Below are positions 1-32,619 of a stretch of 64,000 bases of DNA, in pieces; position 1 is the stretch's first letter; each line of letters starts with the position of its first letter. Below the pieces are notes generated by a model. That model was not told the origin of the DNA. It searched no databases and worked only from the letters and a program-made list of their open reading frames with translations. Both the position numbers and the translations under genes were made by a program. Source of the DNA: Tubiluchus corallicola (Eukaryota; Animalia; Priapulida). The stretch lies in assembly GCA_030141605.1 (NCBI GenBank), contig JAQGDQ010000417.1, positions 139,589 through 203,588 on the forward strand. Reading direction: 5' to 3'.

Positions 1-756
1 CATGTAAATTAGATTTATTCGATGAGGTAACGCTGTAATCGTGTAGATTATGTTTTAACGTGAAGTTAATCACGCACTTTCGAAATCAGTGCCTGTTTAC
101 ATGCATTAATCGAGAAAACAAAAGTTCCAAAAGTCTTTCAGTACAAAGAGACAAAAGTCCATTTTAATGATTTAAAGAAGAACATCTATAAAGTAAGTTT
201 CAGAATCAACTCTCAACAACAGCCGGTCCTTTTTTAAAGGTTCAAAAGCCTTTGTAGCAACGCCAAAAAAAGCACTATTTTAGGCTAAAATTGCAAATGT
301 TAAATTCATGGCTTTTTGCGGACTGTGGCGCTATCATTACTTTGTTGAGATCCGATAAAATGATGTTCAATATTGAGCAACTCAAATTGTTTATAAACAA
401 TTATTAAAAACGTGTGATTTCAGAATGCTTTTTGACCAAAGAACAATGATTACACTGATAATTTAAACTCTGGCTGAAAAAACCTAGAACTGAATTACTA
501 ATACTACACCTTTGTGGTGTAAATAATTAACAATTTAGCTTGTTTAATCTTAATATGAACTCTAGTTAGCAGTCGAGTATAAACTACTATATTATACAAT
601 CAATGTAGTTAAGATTATAATAACTTCCCCATATTAATTAGAACATACATAATTTTTATACACGTTGTATAATATTAATTTTATTGTTAAATGACTTACT
701 ATTTCAGAAACCCCTATTCACATTAACTTCTGATTACATGTTTAACAAATGCTGCA

Positions 757-1170
757 TAAAAGTCGTGTTCATTTGTAGTAAATGTAATTGGCCACAAGCC
801 AAGTTTAGCACATTAAATGAAGTTCTACAGATACAGCAGAGTGTGCATGGACATCCTAAAGTATTTCAGTCATGATTGTAGTTTACTAAACCTACTTAAA
901 GTCGTGTTCATTTGTAGTAAATGTAATTGGCCACAAGCCAAGTTTAGCACATTAAATGCAGCTCTACAGATACAGCAGAGTGTGCATGGACATCCTAAAG
1001 TATTTCAGACATTATTGTAGCTTACTGAGCCGACTTAAAGTCGTGTCCATTTGTAATAATTATAATTGGCCACAAGCCAAGTCTAGCACATTAAGTACAA
1101 TTTTGCCAATTTGGTGCAGTGTGCATGGACATCCTAAAGTATTTCTGTCATGACTGTATCTTACTAAACC
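757..1170. repeat. 139-bp tandem repeat, about 3 copies
   Basis: AAAGTCGTGT.CATTTGTA...GGCCACAAGCCAAG...GTGTGCATGGACATCCTAAAGTATTTC recurs at 139-bp spacing; explains the similar short ORFs at 684, 817 and 956. Confidence 0.9.
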
Positions 1171-1650
1171 AACTTATTAGCTTTATTTTTGTTAAAAACA
1201 ATTTCCAAATGAACCTATCCCTTTTACCGTCTCTACAAAACATGCCTGTTCTCTGTCCAGTTTCACCAAAGGAAATGTTCTACATGGGCTAACATGGCAC
1301 AGTAATTTAAAACAGGCTTAAGCAGCTAAGAGGCAGGAAGTAATAAGTGTGCTTTAATGTCGAAGCTGAATGTAAATTCACTTGAACTGCTCAAAAACTT
1401 CTGCGTTTTGAAGAGTACCATAAATTCCTAACACATTTCAACAGACAATATGACATAAATATTAGTTAGACACTGAACAATGATAATTCTTTATATTCGT
1501 TATATTTGTGTAACATTAATCGTATCGTTAATTGAATTAGTAGTTAAAATGTATAATTTTGCATTAATAGTGGTAGACTCTGCAGTTAATATATATGACA
1601 GATTATTAATCAGATCACTAATTAATCAGACATGATTACTAACTATAGAT

Positions 1651-2694
1651 CAGGGGTGTGCTAAGTGCGGCCCGCAAATGCAAATGTCAACCTAAAGAAA
1701 GTGCGGCCCGGGCAATGAATTGAGCGTATCCAGCTGAAGTCCGTGCCACGATTGCAAAGACAGTGCCGGTAGATTTTTCCACTAGATCGGATGGTATTAA
1801 CTCTTACAAGATGGTTGTAGCTTAATGTCCCTGTCCGACATGACGAAATTACACGTTGCTCACTTGGAACACAAACAAGTTGTAATCACAGAACACAGAA
1901 AAGTATCACGGAAGCCACCATTGAAACATTCAAATGTGCAAGCAATGCAAGAAGCAATCTGACTGGCTGGTAGGAAGACCAACCAGCCAATCTCTGGGCA
2001 AATAATAGTCAATCTTTTATTATTGGGGCTGTTATTCTGCCCAGTTGTCTTCTTGGTCACAGCAGGTAGATCATTTTGACTTGGATGTTTTACAAAATAT
2101 ATTATAAATAAATAAATTATAAAAAAAAGAAATATAAAATAACTAAGTCAAAATGATCAACCTACTACGACCAAGAAGATGACTGGGCAGATCAATTTGT
2201 AAGTAGCCAGCAAGCTGAAAAAGTGTTGTCACTCCTGATATAGGGGGATTCCCAGATTTTAGTTTCTGCTTAGGCTCAGTAGTACATGCCTTGATCAATG
2301 GCTGCGTCATAGTGTCATCAGGTGTAGTGTTCTTATAGATCAGAAACATGGATAAGAAAAAAGAGGAAGATTCAAGAAGAACATCGAGTCAAAACAGATT
2401 AATATACACTGTACTACACAGACTGTGTGACACACATTACTAATATGCATTGTAATGAAATTACAACTGCATGTATCTATTGTGAAAGTAGAAATATATG
2501 GTTTTTAATATAAATTTTATAATAACTTCTAAAATAGTTTCTTGAGTGTAGTACTGCAGTAGTAATGATGTGCGCAGATCAGATGCAAAAAAGGTCCTAC
2601 TGTACTTGGCTCCTTGATCAAACTGTATGCGGCCCGCAGGAATTGCGGGAGTTTTAAACTTGGCCCAGCTAGTCAGATAATTTGCACACCCCTG
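1651..2694. mobile_element. Non-autonomous hAT (Charlie-like) DNA transposon
   Basis: TIR CAGGGGTGTGC (1651) / GCACACCCCTG (ends 2694); perfect 8-bp TSD CTATAGAT at 1643-1650 and 2695-2702; subterminal GCGGCCCG motifs; no transposase ORF. Confidence 0.9.
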
Positions 2695-5600
2695 CTATAG
2701 ATGTATATGTATTGTAACGAAGCCAGGTGGTGCTGATAAACTTGATCCATGTGAATTTACAGAAGATCGTCAGGTAAACCAGTAGAAACAGCAAAAATTT
2801 GATTATAAACTGTCAGGTTGCTCTTCTTGCACCCTCCATGCCAGTGGAACAGGTGCTGAGATGGTAAAAGGCATCTACTAGACCACCAGAACCATTACAT
2901 AACAGTGCACATATAGAGGTCGGTATGCAATGGCTGCATACTGGACAGAACCATTACAGTGCAAGGGTGGCAGTGAAAACAAATGACATTTCGCCGTCGT
3001 TGCAATATATATAATGCCTAAATTCCTTTGTGCAGTAAAAAATTAGAAAAAATATTTTCAAATATTAACTTATAAAAACAATAAATTAACTGTTTTGTCT
3101 TTACGCTTATGCTTCATTTTTCAAACTTCTTAACTCTATGCTGTTATTTGCTGTATGATGTTTACTTTTGTAAGTCACAAGGAATACTGGCTGATTACTG
3201 TACCTGCAAAACCGTTAATAGTTTGACTGTTAACTCATTAAGCCTGAAAGCGTGATTTGTAACTAGAAAATCAAAAGGAAACCACTAGGCAAGTGATTAA
3301 ATGATTAGCTTCTAGAAATTCTTTGGGTAACGAGGTTAATTGCAGTGGGCAAGCGGGTAACAGATTCGAAGCAAAACCGCTTCGCTAGCATATTAGCGCA
3401 TGATAAACGTACTTGTTTACAAACAAGACGGTGTTTAACATAATTGTTTCTACATATATAATGCACAAAAGGGAAGTAAAAATGACATAAAAGAAGGAAA
3501 GGCTGTTTGGGCACATAAAAATGTCTTATTTTAAGTACGTGAAGGAAAAATATTGAGTCAATTAAGCGAAGCTATTTGAGTCAATTAAGCGATTGAATCT
3601 ATTAACTGTGAGTCTATTAAACAGCGACTACTGTATTGTATTTTTACATCTTTCTTTAATTTGACAATATTTATGGAATTGTCGTGATCGGAATAATTTA
3701 ATAATGAGCTGGTCAGTATTCATTCACCAATTGCAGCTGAACACCACTCTTTCTTCACTGATAACTGTTTGGCTCGACCCATCACTACTACTGAGTACTA
3801 CTACTAGCTGGAAGAGGCTGTGCTGATTCAGCCGACTGAAACGGCTGTGAATTTACTTGTAACTGTTTTGCTTAAAATAGTAATTGCGGCCATTTTCATT
3901 GCAATCTTCGTTCTTACGTAAGGCTTATCATTAAAGGTGAGCACACTGGGTGTGTACAACGTAGCAACTGTTATTCGATGTTATGGCAAGATAACAGCAG
4001 TGGTTATATTGCAGGGCATGTTCAGCCAGAATTGAGAGAGAAAATATCAAAGGACGAAATTTTTGGCGAACGAATGATTATATTAAATCGCAATACACTA
4101 ACAATGCTATAGTTTAAATGGTCATAATGCATCAAAGCCGTAAGAGTCTTATTCAATTGGTAATTTAATATCGTATTCGTAATGTAAAATGTAAAGAGAG
4201 ACGTAATTTGCTATTACAAAGTGTAGCTAGTCGCAGTATTAAGATTAATTATACAAAGTAATATAATATACTGGTACCTTAACAAAGACCACAATTAAAC
4301 CATACTTTTTTAACAAAGTCACTGCTTTTTCCGGAAAAAACTCTATGCCACACTATATGTGACTAACTGGCGCGAGCGACAGCAGGCACTCGCAACAGCA
4401 CGAATAATGATGAGCCGCAGAATTCTGACGGAGCAATTTCCACGGCCACACAAGTAATGACACCAGTGCGCCTTGCTTCGTAAGTCAAGACCAAGAAATT
4501 TAATTATTACGTGCAGCTTAAGTTCCTCACGTAGCACATAATATGGTAATGTCATAGAATGTCAGTGCTAACTTGTTATCATTCTCGCACATGAAGCTCC
4601 GCTTACTTGATACTTCGTCATATGCTATCAAAAGAATAAGCTAATATATGGCCAAAAATTGTCAATATGAGGCCAATATTACTAGAAGTACAAATCATAC
4701 TGATCATTTTAATAATGTTTTAAGCTTAATAAAGTGGCGAACGCCTAAAGCAACTAAAGTAATTAATCATAATTATTTTCTTCAAAACAACGTTCACAGT
4801 GGACTTGCACTTATGGTCCGCAATAGACTTCACCTCATTATTATGGCTAAAAAAACAAGCAGTAGGGATGCAAATATAGTCGAGTCCATGAGAGAAATTT
4901 AATAGTTAGTGGAATATAACCTGCTCTCAGGATGATGTGCTGTTATCAGGAAAAGGTATTAATTGCTCTGTACCTTACAGTCATTCTTAGCACACTAAAA
5001 TAATTATGTCACTCTGACAACAATGCAACTTTGTTAAAATAGTCAGAATTTATAATTTCTTTATTTATATAACAATTTACAATCTACATTAAATAACAAA
5101 CAATAACAATGATATTATTAAATTTAATGCAAAGTTTAAACTCTATAGAAACATGCATACGTTTGCAGTTTTACAACTTCTAACGGTTTGCATTGCATAT
5201 ACAATTCTTTAATTAATACGATACGTAATAGTGTGGTAACAATAAATTTTTGAATATGAATGAAAGTTTGTTTTTCGAAGCATTAATGCTCATGAAACTG
5301 CCTTTTCACATCCTTTTGGCGGAGTTCCGTTTTATATGTCGTTCACTTTAATTTTGCATGTATTTAATAAATGATAAGTTAGTGCGATATTCAACAATAA
5401 GTACGTTACTTTACTAAAGAAAACATTCTCCTTTAAATTACAAATGAATATTTCTCCATCACAAGCAACAGGACCAGAAACCTTTGAAGATTATACTGGT
5501 TTTTATGCAAAACTGTCTTAAGATTTTAACTACAAAACTTGTTTCCTGGCAAAATGACAGAGATAAGTCAGTTGCCGGTACACTAGGTATAAGACTTTGT

Positions 5601-5986
5601 GGAGGGAAAATATGAAAAAGTCACATGGTAACATCAAAGTCATACACCAACAACCGTCCCGTCGTTTTGCCCCTAAAACGAATTTGAAAAACTAACATTT
5701 GTCTGTCAGCTTCACATGATTAATTAACAATTTTGAACTTATTGTTTTACTTTAAAGGGTACAATAAGTTTAGAATTGCATGTACGCAGTGCCTCCACAT
5801 AAAAACACCGCTTCAGATTTAGCAAAAGAGAGTAAAGCAAAAAGTCATGTAGCAATGCAAACTGGCGGACACTGTTAAATGGAATGTAAAATTAACTAAA
5901 ATTTCTAGTGACACTACTGATCTACTCTAGACTATTAGTTTTTCTATACCACCCTGTACAGCCACAATCAATTTATAGAGCAGACA

Positions 5987-24830
<18,844 letters not shown>

Positions 24831-25517
24831 CTAAAATGAAAGACAGAGACATTTTTCACTGGTGCCTGAGTTCAAGGCATTTGGGCAACGCAGACCCTAA
24901 TTATATTTGTAATTTTCAATTTGTCAATAATGCTATTATCATCATCAGTATTTGTCATTGGAAAAGAACTGCCACGTTATCTGATTTTTGCATCACACAT
25001 GACATGTAAATACGTGGTAAATAACGATGATATGTACCCATCTTATTTTATTCTATTTTCTGAGTTCATAACTCTTTAATGGACATTTTTGAAAACGTGC
25101 TTATGAGGAACATCTTTCAGAAATGTCTATGAATGTAGCAAATAAACCGAGACGGCTGAATTATCGAATTCCTGAAGGTCTGCTTCATCCAAACAAATCC
25201 ACTTGTCTACCTTCTGTGGAGCATTTCAGTTACACCTGGTCTCAGTTTGATATTTTAACCCACTAGACAGACCACAAAAGTCAGTCTAGTTGTAACTCAT
25301 TTGTTCCAATTCCATAGAGTGCAAGCTCTTGTTTATCGAATGTCATTTGCTGTCGTTGAACCTCTTTTATTGCTATTTTCTCAGCAAAATAAAATAAATA
25401 AGCAGTTTGAAATGAACAGGATTCTGCAATATTGCAGGATTTTACTGAACAGCTGAATGATTAGCTCAGTGATAAACAAAAGTGAGAATTACACACCGAA
25501 TTAAGGTGTAGGGAGCC

Positions 25518-26232
25518 GAGTAAACCACTAGCCAAAGTAGGACACTTCCGGTAAAACGCATGTGCTAAATTTACGGAAAAGCAGCATCGTACATGGGCAG
25601 CCCAGGTAGGGCGCAGGCGATTTCTGTCGAGAATTATGACATAATCAAACATAAAACTAAATTTGTTTTAGAAAAAAAGAACTTTATAATAATGATGGAT
25701 AGTCCTTGACAATTTACAATGATTATTGTGTTTTTTACAATAATTATTATTATTAGTTCCATAAATATCATCTAATGTTTTAAAGAGAGAAACTATGTAG
25801 GGCACATAACTGGCTAACCCATTTACTTAGTAGAAAACAGTTATCTGCCCAAGAGGTAGTGGAACTGATCACCTGTCTGTGAAGCGACACGGAATGAAAA
25901 CGATATACCTTAAGCAAATGTTGGAATCGCCTAAAAACTGGCTTATTTCACTTCAAAAACATTAATATCGAAGCTAAATTTAGTATTGGAAATTTTACTA
26001 ACTCAAAATAAGATTCTTTTATTTTACCAGATATATAATAAATTATTCAACGAATATCGACGTTTTCAATTATTATTATTAAATAAACAAGGACAGCGGG
26101 TGCTGCCAGTACGGTTAACGATTCAATTTGAGACCTGTCTCTCGTGTCCTACTTGGGCAGCCCATGTACGACGTGTCCTACTTGGGCTAGCCCATGTACG
26201 CCAATTGTCCTACTTCGGCTAGTGGGTTACTG
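25518..26232. mobile_element. Putative non-autonomous DNA transposon with inverted ends
   Basis: AGTAAACCACTAGCCAAAGTAGGACA versus TGTCCTACTTCGGCTAGTGGGTTACT; subterminal CGTACATGGGC / GCCCATGTACG inverted; TSD not resolved. Confidence 0.6.
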
Positions 26233-26967
26233 AGAGACCAACATAAGGAATCATAGAGAAATAAATAAGATAATAAATAATGCAATAATTCTTTAACGAG
26301 TATTTTACGCTCTAACTCAATTACAAAAAAACTTTATTTACTTATTGATTACCGTAAGCTAATACTTTGAAATTTTTGTTTGGTTAACATGAGTTGTTCT
26401 GTCTAGGATTGGGCTACAGCTTTGATTGATCACAAAAATTTGTCAGATGATGGCACTAGACTTACCCTCTAAAAATCCCTGATTCAAATCCAGGCTCATA
26501 AAAGATTTATTCAAAGTTTTGTTCTGATTCAACTTTGAAAATTTGAGTTGTGACAAGCGGTTGTGTGATATTGGAGCTTGTATTTTTTACAAGTGGTAGC
26601 TGTACGATGTGGGAGGTTTTTACTCCAAGAAGAAATAAATAACCCAAAACTGCATGCTGTATTCTGAGAAATCCTGCAATCTAATCCAGAATGAGTGAAA
26701 ACTTGCAAGCCTGGCAACACTAACTACTCGCATTGTGCAGTTGTTCTTTTTCCTTCACCTTTGAAACAGCTTAACATCTGTAGCACATTCACCTGAACGG
26801 TAGATTCATTCAACTAAAAATGTTGTTTGTAATGGCAGTAGTTTTCTGTCAACGGCTTTGTTTATACAACGCTAGACTACACACTTTTCGATGATTTTTT
26901 GTGACTTTTCGATGATTTTTTGAACACACTACGCAATTATTTTTTTGTAGATCAACACAATGTTAGT

Positions 26968-27429
26968 ATACACACAAGTACATCAAATTAATCTTTATCT
27001 GCACAAGCAGATTTTCTTGAAAGCTGTTCTAAACTTGTTATTCATTACAGCATGGATAATTGGATTGGCAAAACTATTGCATAAGCCAAACCAAAGGCAG
27101 AAGATAGTTTGCATACACACAAGTACATCAGATTAATCTTTATCTGCACAAGCAGATTTTCTTGAAAGCTGTTCTAAACTTGTTATTCATTACAGCATGG
27201 ATAATTGGATTGGCAAAACTATTGCATAAGCCAAACCAAAGGCAGAAGATAGTTTGCATACACACAAGTACATCAGATTAATCTTTATCTGCACAAGCAG
27301 ATTTTCTTGAAAGCTGTTCTAAGCTTGTTATTCATTATAGCATGGATAATTGGATTGGCAAAACTATTGCATAAGCCAAACTAAAGGCAGAAGATAGTTT
27401 GCATACACACAAGTACATCAGATTAATCT
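26968..27429 (-). repeat. 145-bp tandem array of GPCR TM7-helix8-stop, 3 extra copies
   Basis: Stop codons recur at 27285, 27140 and 26995; unit encodes IFCLWFGLCNSFANPIIHAVMNNKFRTAFKKICLCR*. Confidence 0.95.
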
Positions 27430-28272
27430 TTATCTGCACAAGCAGATTTTCTTGAAAGCTGTTCTAAGCTTGGTATTCATTACAGCATAGATAATTGGAT
27501 TGGCAAAACTATTGCATAAGCCAAGCCAAAGACAGAAGATGTTTACAATGTTATCTGCAGGACCTGGTTGTGCAATTATGAAATTAGGTCCCCAGCAAAC
27601 GAAGAATACAACAATGGTCACAAGTAACATCTTTGTTGCTTTCATTTCTGCCACCTTTACACTAGACTGTGGATTTTCTTGATGAATTCTCAACACTTGC
27701 CTCCGTGCAGCCTTCCATATTATTGTGTATAATATTGATAATGCGATTACAGGCAAATAAAAGAACAGAATTTTATCCATTAAAAGTGCTGAAGGAAATC
27801 CTTTGTCGTCTAGTATTATGATTACATAGGCTGAAGCAAATCCCACAAACCAAATAACACAAATAGAAGCAGCTATCGTCTTCCCTGTGAGATAGATGTT
27901 GTACTTATAGGGATGTAAAACAGCCAAATATCTTTCAGCAGCTATAACACATAGATGCATTATGCTCACACTTGTCGAAGGTATTATGGTGAAGCGACGG
28001 ACTTGTCTTAAAATTTCGTTAGCAAGTCGCGAACGAATTGGCGACAAAGGCATTATTACGCCGACCAACAAATCCGCCACGGCTAGTGACACGATCAGAG
28101 CATTTATTCCCGTTCGCAGCTGCTCGTACTTGTAAACTGCGACAAGAATTAACATGTTGCCAGCAATCACTGCGAAAGCAGTAAACACATACAAGTATAA
28201 AGCAATTTGTAGAATTTGCAAGTTTTTCTGCTCTGCTTGTAAGGTCGCGTTTACTGTAGAATTAGCCATCAT
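27430..28272 (-). CDS. Intronless orphan class A (rhodopsin-like) GPCR, 280 aa
   Basis: GN (TM1), SLAVADLLVG (TM2), AERY (TM3), W (TM4), YLP..LY (TM5), CWGP (TM6), NSFANPIIY (TM7), helix 8 with terminal Cys. Confidence 0.93.
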   Translation of the reverse strand: MMANSTVNATLQAEQKNLQILQIALYLYVFTAFAVIAGNMLILVAVYKYEQLRTGINALIVSLAVADLLVGVIMPLSPIRSRLANEILRQVRRFTIIPSTSVSIMHLCVIAAERYLAVLHPYKYNIYLTGKTIAASICVIWFVGFASAYVIIILDDKGFPSALLMDKILFFYLPVIALSILYTIIWKAARRQVLRIHQENPQSSVKVAEMKATKMLLVTIVVFFVCWGPNFIIAQPGPADNIVNIFCLWLGLCNSFANPIIYAVMNTKLRTAFKKICLCR

Positions 28273-29228
28273 ACATGTGTAAGTTAACTGCCATATCTAA
28301 CTTGATAGTGCACTAGCTACTCCATCATCCTGGCTATCATATGCAGCTCCCTACTATAAAATGCCACACAACGCATTTTTCCAGTGTATAAATACCGCAT
28401 TTATTATGCTTTTATTAAATGTTTAAAATAGGCCAAGTTTGCATGTCTATTGATTAGTTTCTGTTTTAGCCTAATGGAAAAAAGTGCAGAATTGCATGAA
28501 ATAGAATTTTAAAATTATTGATGTGTTACGTTAAGGAAACGTTGTGTTTACAGATTACTTATAGTCTAAATGCAACAGCCATGGCATTATTTCTGACTGT
28601 CATATGATAATGATTCTGTTGCTCTGTTCACTAAAAGCTATGTGCTACATACACACAACAAACAGCATTGTTTGAAGAACATTAGCGTCTGTTTATTTTT
28701 CTTTGCCAACAGACTCTACAACAAGGCAAATGATTTTTTTCCAAAATTTACTGATTCAGATAAAAAAGAAACTTAGCTTTTAATGTTTATTTATCTGCAT
28801 AATTTATAAAACTGCCATGGTACAAATCTCTTACATTTTAGCATGCCTGACTAGTTATCTCAGCAAGTGTATCATCCAAAAGAAAAATCAAAGATGTTCC
28901 AAGATAACCGATGATAAATAAATTTGTTCCAAGATGACTGAAAAAAGTTAAAAAAAGATTTTGTTTCAAGAATGGTATTGTTGGTAAGTTAGTCTGAATA
29001 TGTCTTTGAATGACATCACAAGAGGTATTGTTCGTCGTTGTTTTCACGATACCTGTACATTATTGCTTGCTTTTACACCTGTTATTTATAATCACAGTAA
29101 TGTTTTCCGGTAATAGCTTTGCTTACAAAAGGTTCGGCTATGTGCATTTCGAATTTCGAAGTAAAAACTTTTCTGGACTTTTGTTAATAACACAGTGACC
29201 AGCATATAAAAAGTACCTCTCTTAGTTT

Positions 29229-30074
29229 TTATCTGAACAAACAGATTTTCTTGAAAGCTTTTCTAAACTTGTTATTCATTGCAGCATAGATGATTGGATT
29301 GGCAAAACTGTTGCAATATCCAAACCAAAGGCAGAAGAAATAATTCAGAGCACTATTCGCTGAATCTGGTTCTGCAATTATGAAAGCAGGCCCCCAGCAA
29401 ACGAAGAACACAACAGTTGTTACAAGTAACATCTTTGTTGCTTTCATTTCTGCCACCTTTACACTAGTGTGTGGATTTTCTTGGTGAATTCTCAACACTT
29501 GCCTCCGTGCAGCCTTCCATATTATTGTGTTCAGCACCGATAGTATGATTACAGGCAAATAAAAGTACAGAATTTTATCTATTAGAACTACAGAATGAAA
29601 TCCTTTCGTGTCTGGTGCCATGATTAAATAGGCTGCAGCAATTGCAAGAAACCAAGTAGTACAAATGAAAGCAGCTATCATCCTCCCTGTGACATAGATG
29701 TTGTACTTAAAGGGATGTAAAATAGCCAGATATCTTTCCACAGCTATAATGCATAGATGCATTATGCTCACGCTTGTCAAAAGCGTCATGGTGAAGTAAA
29801 TGACATATTCTAAAATTTCATTAGCTAGTCTCAAACGAATTGCTTCCAAAGGCATTATTACTCCAACCAACAAATCTGCCACGGCTAGTGACACGATCAG
29901 AGCATTCATTTTCGTTCGCAACTGCTCATACTTGTAAACTGCGACAAGAATTAATGTGTTGCCAGCTATCACTGCGAAGACAGTGAACACGTAAAAGTAC
30001 AAAACAATTTGTGGAATTTGCAAGTTTTTCTGCTCTGCTTGTCCGGTCGCATTTGCTGTAAAATTATCCATCAT
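29229..30074 (-). CDS. Intronless orphan class A GPCR, 281 aa
   Basis: Same 7TM motif set (VERY, CWGP, NPIIY); TM5 Tyr replaced by Asn (SVLNT). Confidence 0.93.
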   Translation of the reverse strand: MMDNFTANATGQAEQKNLQIPQIVLYFYVFTVFAVIAGNTLILVAVYKYEQLRTKMNALIVSLAVADLLVGVIMPLEAIRLRLANEILEYVIYFTMTLLTSVSIMHLCIIAVERYLAILHPFKYNIYVTGRMIAAFICTTWFLAIAAAYLIMAPDTKGFHSVVLIDKILYFYLPVIILSVLNTIIWKAARRQVLRIHQENPHTSVKVAEMKATKMLLVTTVVFFVCWGPAFIIAEPDSANSALNYFFCLWFGYCNSFANPIIYAAMNNKFRKAFKKICLFR

Positions 30075-31199
30075 ACACGCGCAAGTTAAGAGCCATGTTT
30101 AATTCGATAATGCATTAGTCTATCATCCTAGGTACCTCAAACAGTTCTCTTTTATAAAGTGCCACACAATGTATTTTTTACTGTACAAATACCACATTTT
30201 ACATGTTTTTGATGAACGTTTAAGAGAGATCAACTTTGCATGTCTACGCAATGGACTCTGTTTTAGCCTAATGAAAAAAGCTCTGAGTTGCATGGAACAG
30301 GATTTTAAAAATTAGTGGTGTGTTATATACTAAGTGAAGGTTGTGTTTACAGATCATTTACTGTCTATCAAATGCAACAGAAATGACGACATTTCTATTT
30401 GCCATCAAATAGACACTTTGTTGCTCTGTTCATTAAAAACTGTGTGTCACGTATGAAACAAACAGCATTGTCTGGAGCACATTAGAGTCTGTTTACTTTT
30501 CTGTTGCATTAGTTATACGTAGCTTTTATGGTCAAATGTCAAATGTCACTGTATCACCATCTGAACCCCTCCCCTACACCAGATGTCTACCCTTCAAATT
30601 TTGTGACTTTTGGTATTGGTTTTTTTTTTAGTTATTGAGTGTCATGGTGGAGAATAAAAACAAATGAATAAACTGTTTGTGAAAAAGAAGATTCGCGTGT
30701 ATCGCAGGACCTTAAGGCACACCTGAATGTGCAATAATTTATTACGGATTGTCCTAGGCACTAAATCAATTACACAAAAAAACCTCATTTGCTTATTAAT
30801 TACAACAGGTGTGCCTTAATACTTTAAAATGAATTGTCTGACTACAATGAATTGTCCTGTCTGGGATTAGTACATTGTTAGGGCAAGCAGAACGTTCAAG
30901 TGGTAACTGTGACTACATTCTGGGAGTTGTTTACTAAATGAAGGAATAAATAATCCAAAACTGCATACTGTGCTCTGAAGTTATGAAAAATCACAAAATC
31001 TCACCCGGAAGGTTTCAAAGATTCGAACTCCAAAAAATCCCAGAAGGGGGAAAGAATTCTAGTCGGGCGACTCCTAAACTACTCGCCTTGTTCTTCTTCT
31101 TGCTTTACGCTGGAAACAGCTAATAGCTTAATATCCACTGTACATTCGACTGACGGTAAACTCATTCAACTGAAAGCCCCGCGTCAGGGGGAAATGTTA

Positions 31200-32263
31200 A
31201 AAGCTCACAAAACGGTAAATGCTTTCACACTTGTCCATTGGACAACATTAAAGTAGAAGCCCACGAACTGGTAAATGCTTTCACACTTGTCCATTGGACA
31301 ACATTAAAGTAGAAGCCCACAAACCGGTAAACGCTTTCACACTTGTCCATTGGACAACATTAAAGTAGAAGCCCATAATCCGGTAAAAGCTTTCGCACTT
31401 GTCCATTGGACAACATTAAAGTAGAAGCCCACGAACCGGTAAATGCTTTCACACTTATCCATTGGACAACATTAAAGTAGAAGCCCACAAACTGGTAAAT
31501 GCTTTCATACTTGTCCATTGGACAACATTAAAGTAGAAGCCCACAAACTGGTAAATGCTTTCACACTTGTCCATTGGACAACATTAAAGTAGAAGCCCAC
31601 AAACTGGTAAACGCTTTCACACTTGTCCATTGGACAACATTAAAGTAGAAGCCCACAAACTGGTAAATGCTTTCACACTTGTCCATTGGACAACATTAAA
31701 GTAGAAGCCCACAAACCGGTAAATGCTTTCACACTTGTCCATTGGACAACATTAAAGCAGAAGCCCACAAACCGGTAAAAGCTTTCACACTTATCCATTG
31801 GACAACATTAGAGTAGAAACCCACAAACTGGTAAACGCTTTCGCACTTGTCCATTGGACAACATTAAAGTAGAAGCCCACAAACTGGAGATGCTTTCACA
31901 CATGTCCATTGGACAACATTAAAGTAGAAGCCCACGAACCGGTAAATGCTTTCACACTTGTCCATTGGACAACATTAAAGTAGAAGCCCACACACTGGTA
32001 AAGGCTTTCACACTTGTCCATTGGACAACATTAAAGTAGAAGCCCACAAACCGGTAAATGCTTTCACACTTGTCCATTGGACAACATTAAAGTAGAAGCC
32101 CACAAACTGGTAAAGGCTTTCACACTTACCCATTGGACAACATTAAAGTAGAAGCTCACAAACCGGTAAATGCTTTTACACTTGTCCATTGGACAACATT
32201 AAAGGAGAAGCCCACAAACTGGTAAATGCTTTCACACCTGTCCATTGGACAACATTAAAGTAG
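31200..32263. repeat. 56-bp palindrome-containing minisatellite, about 19 copies
   Basis: Unit ACACTTGTCCATTGGACAACATTAAAGTAGAAGCCCACAAAC(T/C)GGTAAATGCTTTC. Confidence 0.97.
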
Positions 32264-32619
32264 ACTACAATTAAGCGAAAACTTGTTCGATGTTTTGAAA
32301 TTTTTGTATCTTGTCAGTCACCAGAACCAAGAAGATACTAAAGATAACTTCTCAAATGAGTTCGTTCTTTGAATGACACAAGTGTGAATATGTTATTGGT
32401 CTTTATTTTCACAAAACCTGTACGCTGACATATAATGCCTTTACCGCATTATTTATTGCAATTACACCTGTTGTTACTGATCACAGTAATGTTTTCCATT
32501 AGTGGCTTTGCCTGTAAAACATTCGGCTAATGTGTTTCAGTTTTTTTGTAGCCATGATATTGATGTATTTTTGTTGGTTAAACAATACTGGCATATACAT
32601 AAGTACATCTCTTTACTTT

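Noticed and set aside
24831-24852. ATG at 24852 as the start of the PKD1-like gene
   Set aside because: It lies in the pyrimidine tract of a good splice acceptor and would begin the protein mid-PLAT.
27430-28272. Naming the GPCRs as adrenergic, histamine, octopamine or adenosine receptors
   Set aside because: D3.32 and the conserved disulfide are absent; similarity is limited to generic class A motifs, so no gene symbol is given.
31227-31245. p53-like site (ACACTTGTCC) in the 56-bp unit
   Set aside because: Only one imperfect half-site per unit; the adjacent decamer lacks the CWWG core.
31200-32263. 56-bp palindromic repeat array as a CRISPR array
   Set aside because: Sequence between palindromes is the same in every unit (no unique spacers), there are no cas genes, and the context is eukaryotic.
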